This document shows positions 46,496 through 55,817 of a DNA stretch of 64,000 nt, one piece after another. A program made the translations under genes and the position numbers. Source of the stretch: Pseudomonadota bacterium (GTDB lineage Bacteria > Bdellovibrionota_B > Oligoflexia > Oligoflexales > CAIYRB01); the NCBI GenBank assembly GCA_031416315.1, contig JANOTL010000073.1, positions 1-64,000 on the forward strand, written 5' to 3'. The notes below the pieces were generated by a model. It did not search any database, was not told where the DNA came from, and saw nothing but the letters and a program-made list of their open reading frames with translations. Position 1 is the stretch's first letter. Each line of letters starts with the position of its first letter.

Positions 46496-47393
46496 GCGGG
46501 CAAGGCTCGGTCGCGAGGACGGGGCCGCGCCACATGCGTCGGTAGATCGACCAAAAGGTCGGCCGCGGCTCGCGCGGATCGATGCAGCGCCCGAGATAGA
46601 TCCACGGCACGTCCGGATGGCGGTGGTGCGCGAGGTGATGGTGATAGTTGAGGAAGAGCCACCGAACGGGCGCCGGCACCCGGAGATTCCAGGCGCCGTG
46701 AACCACGTCGCGCGGGCTAAAGGCGTGATCCGCGTACTGCAAGGCGCCCCAGTTCACGCCGAATGCGAAGTGGCAGACGAAGTACGCCGCGGGGTCGAGG
46801 TCGAGACCGAGGATCAGGGCTGCTTGGACGGCACAGCTGAAAAGGATCTCGAGGCGCATCCGAAGGCGTTGCGGCGCGGCCAGGAAGCCACGGACCATCT
46901 CCGAGACGCCGGTCTGCTCCAGATCCTTCGCAAGGCGACCGAAGGCGCGTGACCGGTAGAATTCCGGCCAGAAGAGGACGACGAGGCTCCCGAGTGGCGG
47001 CAGGAGCCAATAGGGACCGGTGAATATGCCGTAAAACTGCAACTTCTTCAGGAGGCGGGAGTCCGACTCGTAGTACAGGTCGAACATCTCCGCGTCGGTG
47101 CGGTTGCGCGCGTGATGGCCCAGATGGCAAAAACGCTGGAACGTGAAGCCCGTCGGGAAAAACGCGGCGCACCAGACGCCAAGTAGCTCGTTCACTCGCC
47201 GCTTGGGATGCAGGATCCCGTGCACGGCCTCATGCATGAGGCTGAAGATCGTATTGCCGACGAAGGAGAACGCGACGGCCGCCGCCGCGAGCTGCCAAAG
47301 CGAGGTGCGATGCGCGGCGGCGTAGAGGAGGGCCGCGGCGACGGCGGGCGCGGCGAGGCACAGGGCCAGATTGAGTCTGGCTGGGATCTTCAC
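46473..47393 (-). CDS. Membrane fatty-acid desaturase-family enzyme
   Basis: His boxes HEAVH, HLGHH, YHHHLAHH..P; TM segments. Confidence 0.88.
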   Translation of the reverse strand: MKIPARLNLALCLAAPAVAAALLYAAAHRTSLWQLAAAAVAFSFVGNTIFSLMHEAVHGILHPKRRVNELLGVWCAAFFPTGFTFQRFCHLGHHARNRTDAEMFDLYYESDSRLLKKLQFYGIFTGPYWLLPPLGSLVVLFWPEFYRSRAFGRLAKDLEQTGVSEMVRGFLAAPQRLRMRLEILFSCAVQAALILGLDLDPAAYFVCHFAFGVNWGALQYADHAFSPRDVVHGAWNLRVPAPVRWLFLNYHHHLAHHRHPDVPWIYLGRCIDPREPRPTFWSIYRRMWRGPVLATEPCPLKRLRAP

Positions 47394-47920
47394 GCGCGGC
47401 GCTTGCGGCCGAAGAGGTAGCCCGCGGTCATGCCGATGAGGGCCGTCACTAGCGCGGCGCCGACCCCGAAGCTATTCGCCGCCGCCAGAATAGGGTTGTC
47501 GAAAACGTCGGCGCCGATCTGCAGCGCGGCGATTTTCCATGGGCCGCCGGAGTCCTTGACCATCGTCGCGGTCCAGCGCGTCGACAGATCCATGCTTTTC
47601 CCATAGGCGAGCTCGTAATGGTCCCTCGAGGTTCCGGTCGCGATGCCGGTGTCGTCGCCGTATAGCGTCGTCAAGTCGTCGACCTCGGGCGCCACCTTCA
47701 GAGAGACGACGATGGGCGGATTGCCTTCGGTCATCTTCTTGACGTACGCCTTCAGCTCCTCGGGGCCCTTGATGCGCCGGCCGTCGGGAAAGGCCAGCGT
47801 GGCCTCAGCGGTGAGAAGGCCGCTGACGCCGTCCCAGTCCTTCGCGTTGAAGCGTTGCACCAAGTCGTCGCGCAGGACGCGCAGGTCGGCGTGGATCGGA
47901 TTCTCAGGCGTGGAGGGCAT
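47390..47920 (-). CDS. SnoaL/NTF2-like (DUF4440) protein with C-terminal membrane anchor
   Basis: FNAKDWD, PDG..IKG, RWTATMVK..G.WKIAALQ; C-terminal TM plus basic tail. Confidence 0.78.
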   Translation of the reverse strand: MPSTPENPIHADLRVLRDDLVQRFNAKDWDGVSGLLTAEATLAFPDGRRIKGPEELKAYVKKMTEGNPPIVVSLKVAPEVDDLTTLYGDDTGIATGTSRDHYELAYGKSMDLSTRWTATMVKDSGGPWKIAALQIGADVFDNPILAAANSFGVGAALVTALIGMTAGYLFGRKRRA

Positions 47921-49580
47921 GCGGGATCCTTTGTGGCAGGGCGCGCTCGACGTCTCGCGCCAAACGCTGGTCGATGAACCGGTGCAAGAGCATGAAGGCG
48001 AAACGCATGAGACGCGGCGCCTTCCGGACGGCGTCGCGTTGAAAAGTCAGCAGCTCGTCGCGTTGCTCAGCCTTGAAATCAAGGAGGCCGGCGTAAAAGA
48101 GCGCCGCGTCGAGCGAGACGCCCTCGACGACGAGGCGTCGGTGCAGCTGGCGCGCGAACTCGCCGGCGTCGGCGCAAGACATCGTCGCGTGCCGCCAGTA
48201 GGGCGAGACCGTGTAGCGATTGTCCATCGTCTCAAGGTCGAAGCGCGCGCGGCTCTCGGCGCTCAAGATCGGCACGCCCAGGGCGCGCGTGCTATAGGTC
48301 GCGAGAAAGAAGAAATCGGGCGGCGTCTTGCGCAAGAACGCGTAGGTCTCCTCCACGGTCGCCGCCGTCTCGCCCGGGTGTCCGACGATCAGCGTCGCGA
48401 TCGTCGTGATCCCGGCGGCGCGGCAAAGCTCGAGCGCTCGCGCATTGTCCTCGACCTTGGTTCGCTTGTTCATCGCGTCGAGCATGCGTTGGCTGCCCGA
48501 CTCGAGGCCGACGTGCACCTGCGTACAACCGGCGTCGCGCATGAGGCGCACCGTCGACGGATCGGTGAGGTGCTCGGCTCGCGCGTAGCAGATCCATTCG
48601 AGACCGACCTTGCGCTCGATCAGCTCGCGGCACAGCTCGAGGAGGCGCGGCTTCGGCGCCGTGAACAGCGAATCCAGACAGGTGAGGTGCGTGGCGCCGA
48701 GCTCTTTTCGGTAGTGTTCCCAGTCGTCCGCGATCTTCTGGGCGCTCTTCGTGCGGAAGACCTGGTCGTCGAAGAGGTACGGATAGTTGCAGAAGCTGCA
48801 GCGATACGGGCAGCCGCGCACGCTTTCGTAGTAGATCATGCGAAAGCGCTTGCCATGGAGTCGCTCGGCCAAGGCCCAGTCGGGGCGCGGAAGGTCGTCG
48901 AGGCTCCGCGACCGTGGGGCGCCGGCGTGGAGGCGCCGCATCGCGCCCTCCGGCGTCTTCACCAGGCGGCCGCCCTCGGGGGCCTCGAGCTCTCGGAAAT
49001 CGGAGCGAAGCCAGCGGGCCAGCACGGGAACCAGGCGCTCGCCGTAGCCGACGGCGAGCAAATCGATTTCCGCGAGCCCCTCCCAGTCCGAAGGCAGGAT
49101 CCCCGCGAGCGCGCCGCCGACGACGAGCTTGTTCTCGCGGGTCTTCATCAGGCGCGCCAGCGGCTCGAGCTCGCTCAGGTCGCGAAGGAGCGTCGTCGAC
49201 GCGAACACGACGCGCGCGGCGGCGAGGAGGCGCCGTCTGATCCGCGGTTTCGCGACCAGCTCATGGTAGGTGGTCATCGTGAACGTCAGGCCTTCGCGCG
49301 TAAGCAAGGTCGCGAGCGTCACCTCCGTCAGATCCGGCACCTCGAGATTGTCGCGCCGGGCGAAGTGCGCGCGCACGGCCGGCGACGCTCGGCGCCGGTG
49401 CCAGTGACCGTAGGCCAGGAACTCGGCCGCCACGGCCTTGATCTTGAGCTCGAGCCAGCCGTGACGAGTGGCACGCCCCTGCATCAGCTGCTTCTTCGCG
49501 AGCGCGACGAGGGTCTCGTCCTTCGCCGCGAGGAGGCCGCCCGTGACGATCAGAACGTCGAATTTCGAAGAAGGAGGCAT
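47904..49580 (-). CDS. Cobalamin-binding radical SAM enzyme (class B-like)
   Basis: B12 Rossmann motifs VVGGAL, VGYGE, LDDLPRPDW; RGCPYRCSFC (48789-48812); VGLESGSQRML..MNK; IVGHPGET. Confidence 0.88.
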   Translation of the reverse strand: MPPSSKFDVLIVTGGLLAAKDETLVALAKKQLMQGRATRHGWLELKIKAVAAEFLAYGHWHRRRASPAVRAHFARRDNLEVPDLTEVTLATLLTREGLTFTMTTYHELVAKPRIRRRLLAAARVVFASTTLLRDLSELEPLARLMKTRENKLVVGGALAGILPSDWEGLAEIDLLAVGYGERLVPVLARWLRSDFRELEAPEGGRLVKTPEGAMRRLHAGAPRSRSLDDLPRPDWALAERLHGKRFRMIYYESVRGCPYRCSFCNYPYLFDDQVFRTKSAQKIADDWEHYRKELGATHLTCLDSLFTAPKPRLLELCRELIERKVGLEWICYARAEHLTDPSTVRLMRDAGCTQVHVGLESGSQRMLDAMNKRTKVEDNARALELCRAAGITTIATLIVGHPGETAATVEETYAFLRKTPPDFFFLATYSTRALGVPILSAESRARFDLETMDNRYTVSPYWRHATMSCADAGEFARQLHRRLVVEGVSLDAALFYAGLLDFKAEQRDELLTFQRDAVRKAPRLMRFAFMLLHRFIDQRLARDVERALPQRIPHALHA

Positions 49581-49639
49581 GGCACGGCTGAGGTGGTAGA
49601 GTTGCGTGAGTCTAACAGAAACCCGTCTTTGGTGGAAAA

Positions 49640-51436
49640 ATGTCCAACCCGGGCCCTTGGGCCGCTGCCTCGGCGCGGCGCCTCGCGCCGGAGCGCCGGA
49701 ACGCTTGGCCGCGCGGCCCTCTCGCTTTGGCGCGCGCTTGGCTCGTGAATCCTTACGCCGTGCTCGACGAGGGACGAGCGCTCCACGGGCCGACGTTTTG
49801 GCTGCCGCTGCCGTTTTCGCGTTCGGCTCTGGTGACCGAAGATCCCGAGATCGTGCGCCGTGTCGCGGCCGATCCTAGCTTTCTCGCCGGCCCTGGCGCG
49901 CGGGCTTTGCGCGGGGTGATCGGCGAGACGTCCCTGATCACGGTCGACGGCGAGGCGCACGCGCGGCAGAGAAAGGCGCTGGCGCCGCTTTTCCGCGCGC
50001 CGCGCCTGGAGGCGTTCGACGCGATCGGTCGGGACGCCTTCACGCGCGCGCTCGACGCGCTCGGCGAGGCGCCCGTCTACGGCGCGGCGCAGCGCGCCGG
50101 GCTCGAGATGATCGCCGCCTTCCTCGTCCCCGAGCGTCGCGCCGCCGTGGTCTCCGCCGTCGAATCCTTGATGCGCTCCTTCCAGAGCCCGCTCTTCCTC
50201 TTCGTCGAGCCTCTGCGGATCCGCGGCGGCGGGCTCTTGCCGTGGGGGATTTTTCAGCGCCGGATCGAACGCTTGCGTGCCCTCATCGCCAGCGACGACG
50301 AGATCTTGGCGCTCCTTCTCTTCGGTCACGATACGACGGCGGCAGCGTTCGCCTGGACGGCGCAGCTCGTGCTCGCCGATCCGGCACGGCGCGCTCGGGC
50401 GGAGCACGACGCGGAGTTCCGTCTCGCCTGCGTGCGGGAAAGCTTGCGCCTGCGCCCGGTCGTGCCGCACGTGACGCGGGTGGCGACGCGCAGGACGGAG
50501 CTCAACGGCTTCGTCATCGAGCCGGGAGTCTCTGTCTATCCGAGCGCTTACCTCGCGCATCAGAACGAGGCCGTTTTCCCCGACGCCCGGGCTTTTCGCC
50601 CCGAGCGCTTCCTGAGCCTGAAGGCGGAGCCGCGGCCCTCGCAGTATTTCCCCTTCGGCTTGGGCGACAAAGCGTGTATCGGCAAAGCCCTCGCCGAGCG
50701 GCAGATGGTCGTCATGCTCGAGGCCTTGGTTAAGCACCCCGCGCGGTTCCAACTGGTGGGCGACACGTTGGAGCGGCCGCGGCGGAAGCTCCTTCTCGTG
50801 GTGCCGGAGCACGGGACCGTCGTCGAGCCGGCGGCCGGCGCGCGTCGGCTCGGGAAAGCCTGGGTCGCCGGATTTGCGCTTCTCGCCTGGCTCGCCGTCG
50901 CCTTCGGCGTTTACCAGAACCGCCTCGGCGGCGTCGGCGGGGCCATCGCGCTCCCGAAGGTTCTTTGGCTGTCGCTCACGATCGCGCAGTGGTTCCTGGT
51001 GCCGGCGCTGGTCCTGGCCGAAGGCCGCCTTTTCGGGCGCGCACGGCTCGCGATGCGCGGCCTCCTCCTCCTGATGCTCGCGCGCGTGCCGATCGAAGGC
51101 GTCATGATCTACGTGACGATGAGCTGGAAATGCGGGTACGGTATGGCGCATGACGCCGTCGTCGCGGTGTTTCTCCTGCTCGCCGCCGCGCGCATTAGGC
51201 CGCGGACGCGGGCCGATAGGGTGATTCGTTGGCACGTGGTGGCGATGGCGGCGATGTTCGTCGTCGAAGCCTATTTCGCGAACCGCTTCTTCGACGAGAT
51301 CCGCGCGACGCGTCCCGAGCTCTATTACGTGCCCGACGACGCCCGTTTCGAGGGCCTTCTCGACGCCACGCGCTTAGGCGTCGCCGTCTTCGGGCTCGAG
51401 CTCGCCGTCTTCCTCGCCGCGTGGCGCTCCCGATGA
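49640..51436 (+). CDS. Compact cytochrome P450 fused to a C-terminal multi-TM domain
   Basis: DGEAHARQRK, FGHDTT, ESLRL.P, FRPERF, FPFGLGDKACIG (heme Cys at 50675); about 200 aa hydrophobic tail in frame. Confidence 0.85.
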   Translation: MSNPGPWAAASARRLAPERRNAWPRGPLALARAWLVNPYAVLDEGRALHGPTFWLPLPFSRSALVTEDPEIVRRVAADPSFLAGPGARALRGVIGETSLITVDGEAHARQRKALAPLFRAPRLEAFDAIGRDAFTRALDALGEAPVYGAAQRAGLEMIAAFLVPERRAAVVSAVESLMRSFQSPLFLFVEPLRIRGGGLLPWGIFQRRIERLRALIASDDEILALLLFGHDTTAAAFAWTAQLVLADPARRARAEHDAEFRLACVRESLRLRPVVPHVTRVATRRTELNGFVIEPGVSVYPSAYLAHQNEAVFPDARAFRPERFLSLKAEPRPSQYFPFGLGDKACIGKALAERQMVVMLEALVKHPARFQLVGDTLERPRRKLLLVVPEHGTVVEPAAGARRLGKAWVAGFALLAWLAVAFGVYQNRLGGVGGAIALPKVLWLSLTIAQWFLVPALVLAEGRLFGRARLAMRGLLLLMLARVPIEGVMIYVTMSWKCGYGMAHDAVVAVFLLLAAARIRPRTRADRVIRWHVVAMAAMFVVEAYFANRFFDEIRATRPELYYVPDDARFEGLLDATRLGVAVFGLELAVFLAAWRSR

Positions 51437-52278
51437 AACTGCGGCATGCAGCCGATCGCCGCACGGTCGCGGTCTCCTTCGGCCTTGGCCTCACTCTCTG
51501 TGCGCCATTTTTCTACCGGCCAGCGCCATGGGCTTTGCCGCTGCATTTTCTGCTGTCCGCGCTGGCCGCGTTCATCGCCTGCATCATCACGCATAACCAC
51601 GTGCACGCGCCCGTTTTCGCCCGGCGGGGCGCCAACCGCCTTTTCGGGCTCTTCTTGAGCCTCTTGAAAGGGCACACGACCTGGACGATCTACGTCCCTC
51701 ACGTCGTGAATCATCATCAGCACCACGGCGGTCCGCAGGACTGGATTCGTGTCGAGCATGCCGGGACCGCGGCGGGGCCCGCGCGGATCGTGCGGTTCGT
51801 CTTGCGCGCTTCGCTCTGCATGCAGGTCTCGCGGCGAAAGCCCGGCGCGCCGAGGCTCCGGCGGGCGCTGCAACGGTCGCACCGGCAAGAGCGCCTCGCG
51901 GTCTTCGCACTGGCGCTGACGGCCTTGGCCCTCGATCCGGCGCGCGCGCTTTTCTTCCTGATTCTGCCGTGGCTCACCGGCATCTTCGCGCTGGTGGCCG
52001 TCAATTTGTTTCAGCATGAAGATTGCGCGAACGACGGCGGGCCGCGCACCGCGCGCAATTTCACCGGTCGCGCCGCCAATTGGCTCCTCTTCAACAACGG
52101 CTATCATGCGGCGCATCACCTCGACCCGCGGCGGCATTGGTCGGAGCTCCCCGTCCTGCATCGCGAGCGGGTCGCGCCCTTCGCGCCCGACCTTTGCGAG
52201 ACGTCCTTGGCCGCCTATTTGTTGAGCCGCTACGCGGCATTGCATGAATCGCCCAGTCGGTTTAAGGTTTCGCCATGA
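51433..52278 (+). CDS. Membrane fatty-acid desaturase-family enzyme
   Basis: HNHVH, HVVNHH, FQH, NNGYHAAHH; ATGA overlap with the P450 gene. Confidence 0.88.
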   Translation: MKLRHAADRRTVAVSFGLGLTLCAPFFYRPAPWALPLHFLLSALAAFIACIITHNHVHAPVFARRGANRLFGLFLSLLKGHTTWTIYVPHVVNHHQHHGGPQDWIRVEHAGTAAGPARIVRFVLRASLCMQVSRRKPGAPRLRRALQRSHRQERLAVFALALTALALDPARALFFLILPWLTGIFALVAVNLFQHEDCANDGGPRTARNFTGRAANWLLFNNGYHAAHHLDPRRHWSELPVLHRERVAPFAPDLCETSLAAYLLSRYAALHESPSRFKVSP

Positions 52279-52916
52279 CCGCCAAGCTCAATTGTCCGTC
52301 GTGCGGCGCGCAAGTGCCGTTCCAGAGCCAAGCGTCGGTATCGGCGACCTGCCCGTACTGCCGCTCCGTTCTCGTGCGCACGGACATGAAGCTCGAGGAG
52401 ATCGGCAAGGTCGCGAAGCTCATGGACGACATGACGGCCCTGCAGATCGGCACGCAGGGCCGCTACAAGGGACGGAGCTTCATCCTCCTCGGCCGGGCGC
52501 GCTGGCAGTGGTCGGCCGGCTTTTGGAACGAATGGCACCTGTCGTACGGCGGCGGCGCCTCGGGCTGGCTCGCCGAGGCGCAGGGCTTCATGGGCGTCGC
52601 GCACTTCGAGGCGACGAAAGCGGTGCCCGCGCGCGAGAAGCTGAAGGTCGGCGATCACCTCGTTCTTCCCGGCGGCAAGTATCAGGTCGAGGACATGAAG
52701 GAAGCGAGCTGCGTCGGCACGGAAGGCGAGTTGCCCGCAATCATCAAGCCCGGGACGAAGAAGAGGACCGTCGACCTCACGGCGAACCTCGCCGGCGGCG
52801 TCGCGGGCTTCGCCAGCATCGACTACGAGGACGACGGCCCGCATGTCTACGTGGGCACGTACGAGGACGTGGAGAGCCTGACGCTCTCCAACTTGAGACA
52901 GCTCGATGGCTGGTAG
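52275..52916 (+). CDS. Zn-ribbon + DUF4178 protein (soluble)
   Basis: CPSCGA..CPYC, LQIGTQG, W.EW, GWLAEAQG, EGELP. Confidence 0.85.
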   Translation: MTAKLNCPSCGAQVPFQSQASVSATCPYCRSVLVRTDMKLEEIGKVAKLMDDMTALQIGTQGRYKGRSFILLGRARWQWSAGFWNEWHLSYGGGASGWLAEAQGFMGVAHFEATKAVPAREKLKVGDHLVLPGGKYQVEDMKEASCVGTEGELPAIIKPGTKKRTVDLTANLAGGVAGFASIDYEDDGPHVYVGTYEDVESLTLSNLRQLDGW

Positions 52917-54183
52917 CGCCCAGGCGATCCGGTGCTCGAATTGCGGCGCTGGCGTCACGATCCGCGCCGTCGGCCGCAGCGTCGCGGCGACCTGCACCCA
53001 CTGCAAGTCGATCCTCGATCTCGCCGATCCGAACCTGGCGATCCTCTCGTTCTACAAGAACGCCAAGAACTACGACTTCGCTTTGCCGCTCGGCAAACGC
53101 GGCAAGCTGCGCGGCGACACCTGGGAGCTCATCGGCTACGTCCGCCGCGCCGATACCGCCTCGATCTTCGAATGGGACGAATATCTGCTCTTCAACCCTT
53201 TGAAGGGCTTCAAGTGGCTCATGTGCTCCAACGGGCACTGGACCCTGATCGTCGTCACAAAGCAGAAGCCCGTCGTTGTGCGCGCCGGGAAGCCGCACGC
53301 GAGCTACCTCGGCCACGCCTACGACATCTTCTTCGAGGGCAAAGCGAAGGTCGTTTACGTCGAAGGCGAGTTTTACTGGCGCGTCGCCGTCGGCGAGACC
53401 GTGAAGGTGCAGGATTTCGTGCGCCCGCCCGAGGTCCTTTCGAGCGAGGAGTCTGACGACGAGATCGTCTGGTCCATCGGCGACTACGTGCGCAAAGACG
53501 AGATCATGGCCGCTTTCGGGCCAAAGCTCGAGTTGCCCGCGACCTCCGGCGTCGCGCCCAACCAGCCTTCGGCGGTGAAGAACGAGTGGGCGAAACTCTT
53601 GCTTTACGCCGTCGGCCTCAGCATGTTCCTCGTCATTGCCTCGACGCTGCAGCAGGGCATGGCGAAGGGCGAGGAAGTCTTCGCGCAGGAATTCGTCTAC
53701 GGCGTACGCTCGACCGACCCCTCGGACAAGACGATCGTGACGCCGCCCTTCGACATCAAGGGCGGCACCTCGAATGTCGAGTTCGACCTCGCCGCCGCCG
53801 AGCTCTCGAACTCGTGGATGGAGATGGAGCTGACCCTCACCAACGTCGAGACCGGCGAAGGCGTGGGGCTGCAGCACGGCCTGGAATACTACTCCGGCGT
53901 CGAGGGCGGGTATTCGTGGTCGGAGGGCTCGAAGACCGCCGAAGAGCTCGTCTCGGCGGTGCCCGACGGAAAATACACCCTGACCATCGAGCCGAGCGGG
54001 CCGACGCCGCCCCGGCCCTTGCGCTATCTGGTGAGGCTGCGGCGTAACGTCGCCGATTTCTCCAACCTCGCCTGGGGTGCGCTCCTACTCTGGCTCTTTC
54101 CCTGCTTCATCGCCGTGCGCCATTGGCTGCACGAGGTGAACCGGTGGTCGGAGAGCGATTACTCCCCGTACAAGGAGAGCTGA
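52906..54183 (+). CDS. Zn-ribbon + DUF4178 membrane protein
   Basis: CSNCGA..CTHC, WDEYLLFNP..GFKWL, GEFYWRV, two TM segments, C-terminal E..RWSESD. Confidence 0.85.
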   Translation: MAGSAQAIRCSNCGAGVTIRAVGRSVAATCTHCKSILDLADPNLAILSFYKNAKNYDFALPLGKRGKLRGDTWELIGYVRRADTASIFEWDEYLLFNPLKGFKWLMCSNGHWTLIVVTKQKPVVVRAGKPHASYLGHAYDIFFEGKAKVVYVEGEFYWRVAVGETVKVQDFVRPPEVLSSEESDDEIVWSIGDYVRKDEIMAAFGPKLELPATSGVAPNQPSAVKNEWAKLLLYAVGLSMFLVIASTLQQGMAKGEEVFAQEFVYGVRSTDPSDKTIVTPPFDIKGGTSNVEFDLAAAELSNSWMEMELTLTNVETGEGVGLQHGLEYYSGVEGGYSWSEGSKTAEELVSAVPDGKYTLTIEPSGPTPPRPLRYLVRLRRNVADFSNLAWGALLLWLFPCFIAVRHWLHEVNRWSESDYSPYKES

Positions 54184-54184
54184 G

Positions 54185-54328
54185 GTGGCCCTCAAATACC
54201 TGGTGTACGGCATCGTGGTCTGCAGCTTCGTTTCCTGCGCGAACCACCGCGGGTGGCGCCCATTCAACGACCTTTTTTTCGCACGCACTTGGGATCCCAA
54301 GGGGCCTAGCGGCATGTCTCACAAATGA
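54185..54328 (+). CDS. 47-aa small membrane/lipoprotein-like protein (absent from ORF track)
   Basis: GTG..TGA, VALKYLVYGIVVCSFVSCANHRGWRPF..GPSGMSHK; fills the gap between the DUF4178 and DUF350 genes. Confidence 0.65.
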   Translation: MALKYLVYGIVVCSFVSCANHRGWRPFNDLFFARTWDPKGPSGMSHK

Positions 54329-54341
54329 GCGAGGGAGCCTC

Positions 54342-54560
54342 ATGGAACAGATGATCAGCGCGAAGCAACTCGTCGGATCTTTTCTCTATACGATGATCGG
54401 GCTCATCGTCTTCGCGATCAGCTTCATCATCCTGGACAAGGCCACGCCCGGCAACTTGTGGAAGGATCTGATCGAAGAGAAGAACACGGCGCTCGCCGTC
54501 GTGATCGGCTCCGTCGCCATCGGGATCTCGATGATCATCTCCGCGGCCATCCAAGGCTGA
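54342..54560 (+). CDS. DUF350 small membrane protein
   Basis: GGAG RBS; LDKATPGNLWKDLIEEKNTALAVV..IISAAI. Confidence 0.9.
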   Translation: MEQMISAKQLVGSFLYTMIGLIVFAISFIILDKATPGNLWKDLIEEKNTALAVVIGSVAIGISMIISAAIQG

Positions 54561-54563
54561 GAC

Positions 54564-55814
54564 GTGACCGACGGGGCAAGACGGCTCGGGTGCACGGCAT
54601 GCGGCGCTTCATTGCCCCTGCGCGCGGCCGGATTGAGTCTCGTCGTCGCCTGCGAGCATTGCGGCGCCGTGCTGGACGCAGCCGATCCCGCCCTTGCGGT
54701 CCTGAGCGCAGAGAAGACCGCGGGCGAGCCGCCGCGGCTGCCGCTCGGCGCAAAGGGCGAGCTGCAGGGCGTCGTTTGGCAGCTGATCGGGCATCTGCGC
54801 CGCCGTGATGCGGAGAACTTCGAATGGGAGGAGTTTCTTCTCTTCAATCCGCTGCGCGGCTTCCGCTGGCTCGTGCTCGCGGACAATCACTGGACCCTGG
54901 TGCGGATGCTGAAGCACAAGGCCGAGGACGGGGGGCCTGGGCAGAAGAAGCTGTTCGGGCGCACGTACAAATTCTCCGGCAAGAGCGTCGCGCGCGTCGT
55001 CTCGGTCCGCGGCGAATTCTACTGGCGGGTGAAGGTGGGCGACGAGGCGCGCACGCTCGATTACGCGGCGAGTCCGGAGCTGTTGTCGATCGAGGTCAAC
55101 GGCGACGAGGAGATCCATTCGCTCGGGGAGTTCGTGCCCGCTCGGAAGGTGCGGCGCGCTTTTTTGCCGCGGGTCCACCGCGTACAGGACCGGGACGTGC
55201 CTTTCCCCGAGCTCGACGACGAAGGCGACCTCGCGGCGCATCAACCGCCGTCGCATCTCGCCGCGGCGAATCGCAGGGTCATACGGACGTTCGGCGCGCT
55301 AATCGCCGCGCTCGCCGTCATCCAAGCGCTCACCGTTGCGGGGGGGATCCGTGACCGAGAGCTCTACTCCCGCGAGTTCGCTGCTATCGGTACGACGCAG
55401 GACCAAGTCTTCCTCAGCCAGGTCGAGGTGCCCGGCGAAGTCGGCGACCTCACCTTCCACTTGGAGGTGCCGCGGCTGAACGATGCCTGGTTCGAGCTCC
55501 AGCTCGACCTCGTGAACAGTGCCGGCGTCAACTTCCCGGTGGAGACGGGGCTGGAGGTCTGGGACGGCGAGGGCGTCGTCACGGTCGAGCACACCGTAAC
55601 CGGAATCCCAGGCGGCACCTACGACCTGATCCTCCGCCCGGCTACCTCCGCCACGGATTTCGCGACCCTGCTAACCTGGTTTCTTTTGAAAATCAGACGC
55701 GATACGGTCAGCTGGCTCAACGCCGTGCTGGCATTCTTTGCGCTCGCTGCCTACCCGCTCTGGAGGCGCATGCGGCAGGCGCGTTATGTGCATATATACG
55801 ACGGGGATGTTTGA
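54564..55814 (+). CDS. Third Zn-ribbon + DUF4178 membrane protein
   Basis: CTACGA..CEHC, WEEFLLFNP.RGFRWL, GEFYWRV; paralog of 52906-54183. Confidence 0.85.
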   Translation: MTDGARRLGCTACGASLPLRAAGLSLVVACEHCGAVLDAADPALAVLSAEKTAGEPPRLPLGAKGELQGVVWQLIGHLRRRDAENFEWEEFLLFNPLRGFRWLVLADNHWTLVRMLKHKAEDGGPGQKKLFGRTYKFSGKSVARVVSVRGEFYWRVKVGDEARTLDYAASPELLSIEVNGDEEIHSLGEFVPARKVRRAFLPRVHRVQDRDVPFPELDDEGDLAAHQPPSHLAAANRRVIRTFGALIAALAVIQALTVAGGIRDRELYSREFAAIGTTQDQVFLSQVEVPGEVGDLTFHLEVPRLNDAWFELQLDLVNSAGVNFPVETGLEVWDGEGVVTVEHTVTGIPGGTYDLILRPATSATDFATLLTWFLLKIRRDTVSWLNAVLAFFALAAYPLWRRMRQARYVHIYDGDV

Positions 55815-55817
55815 TCG

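Noticed and set aside
47643..51235. Long ORFs 47643-49748 (+) and 49550-51235 (-)
   Set aside because: Antisense to the motif-bearing radical SAM and P450 genes
46473..52278. Assignment to ladderane, hopanoid or carotenoid biosynthesis
   Set aside because: No ACP/Fab cluster, squalene-hopene cyclase or phytoene synthase in the window; the shared enzyme families are too generic
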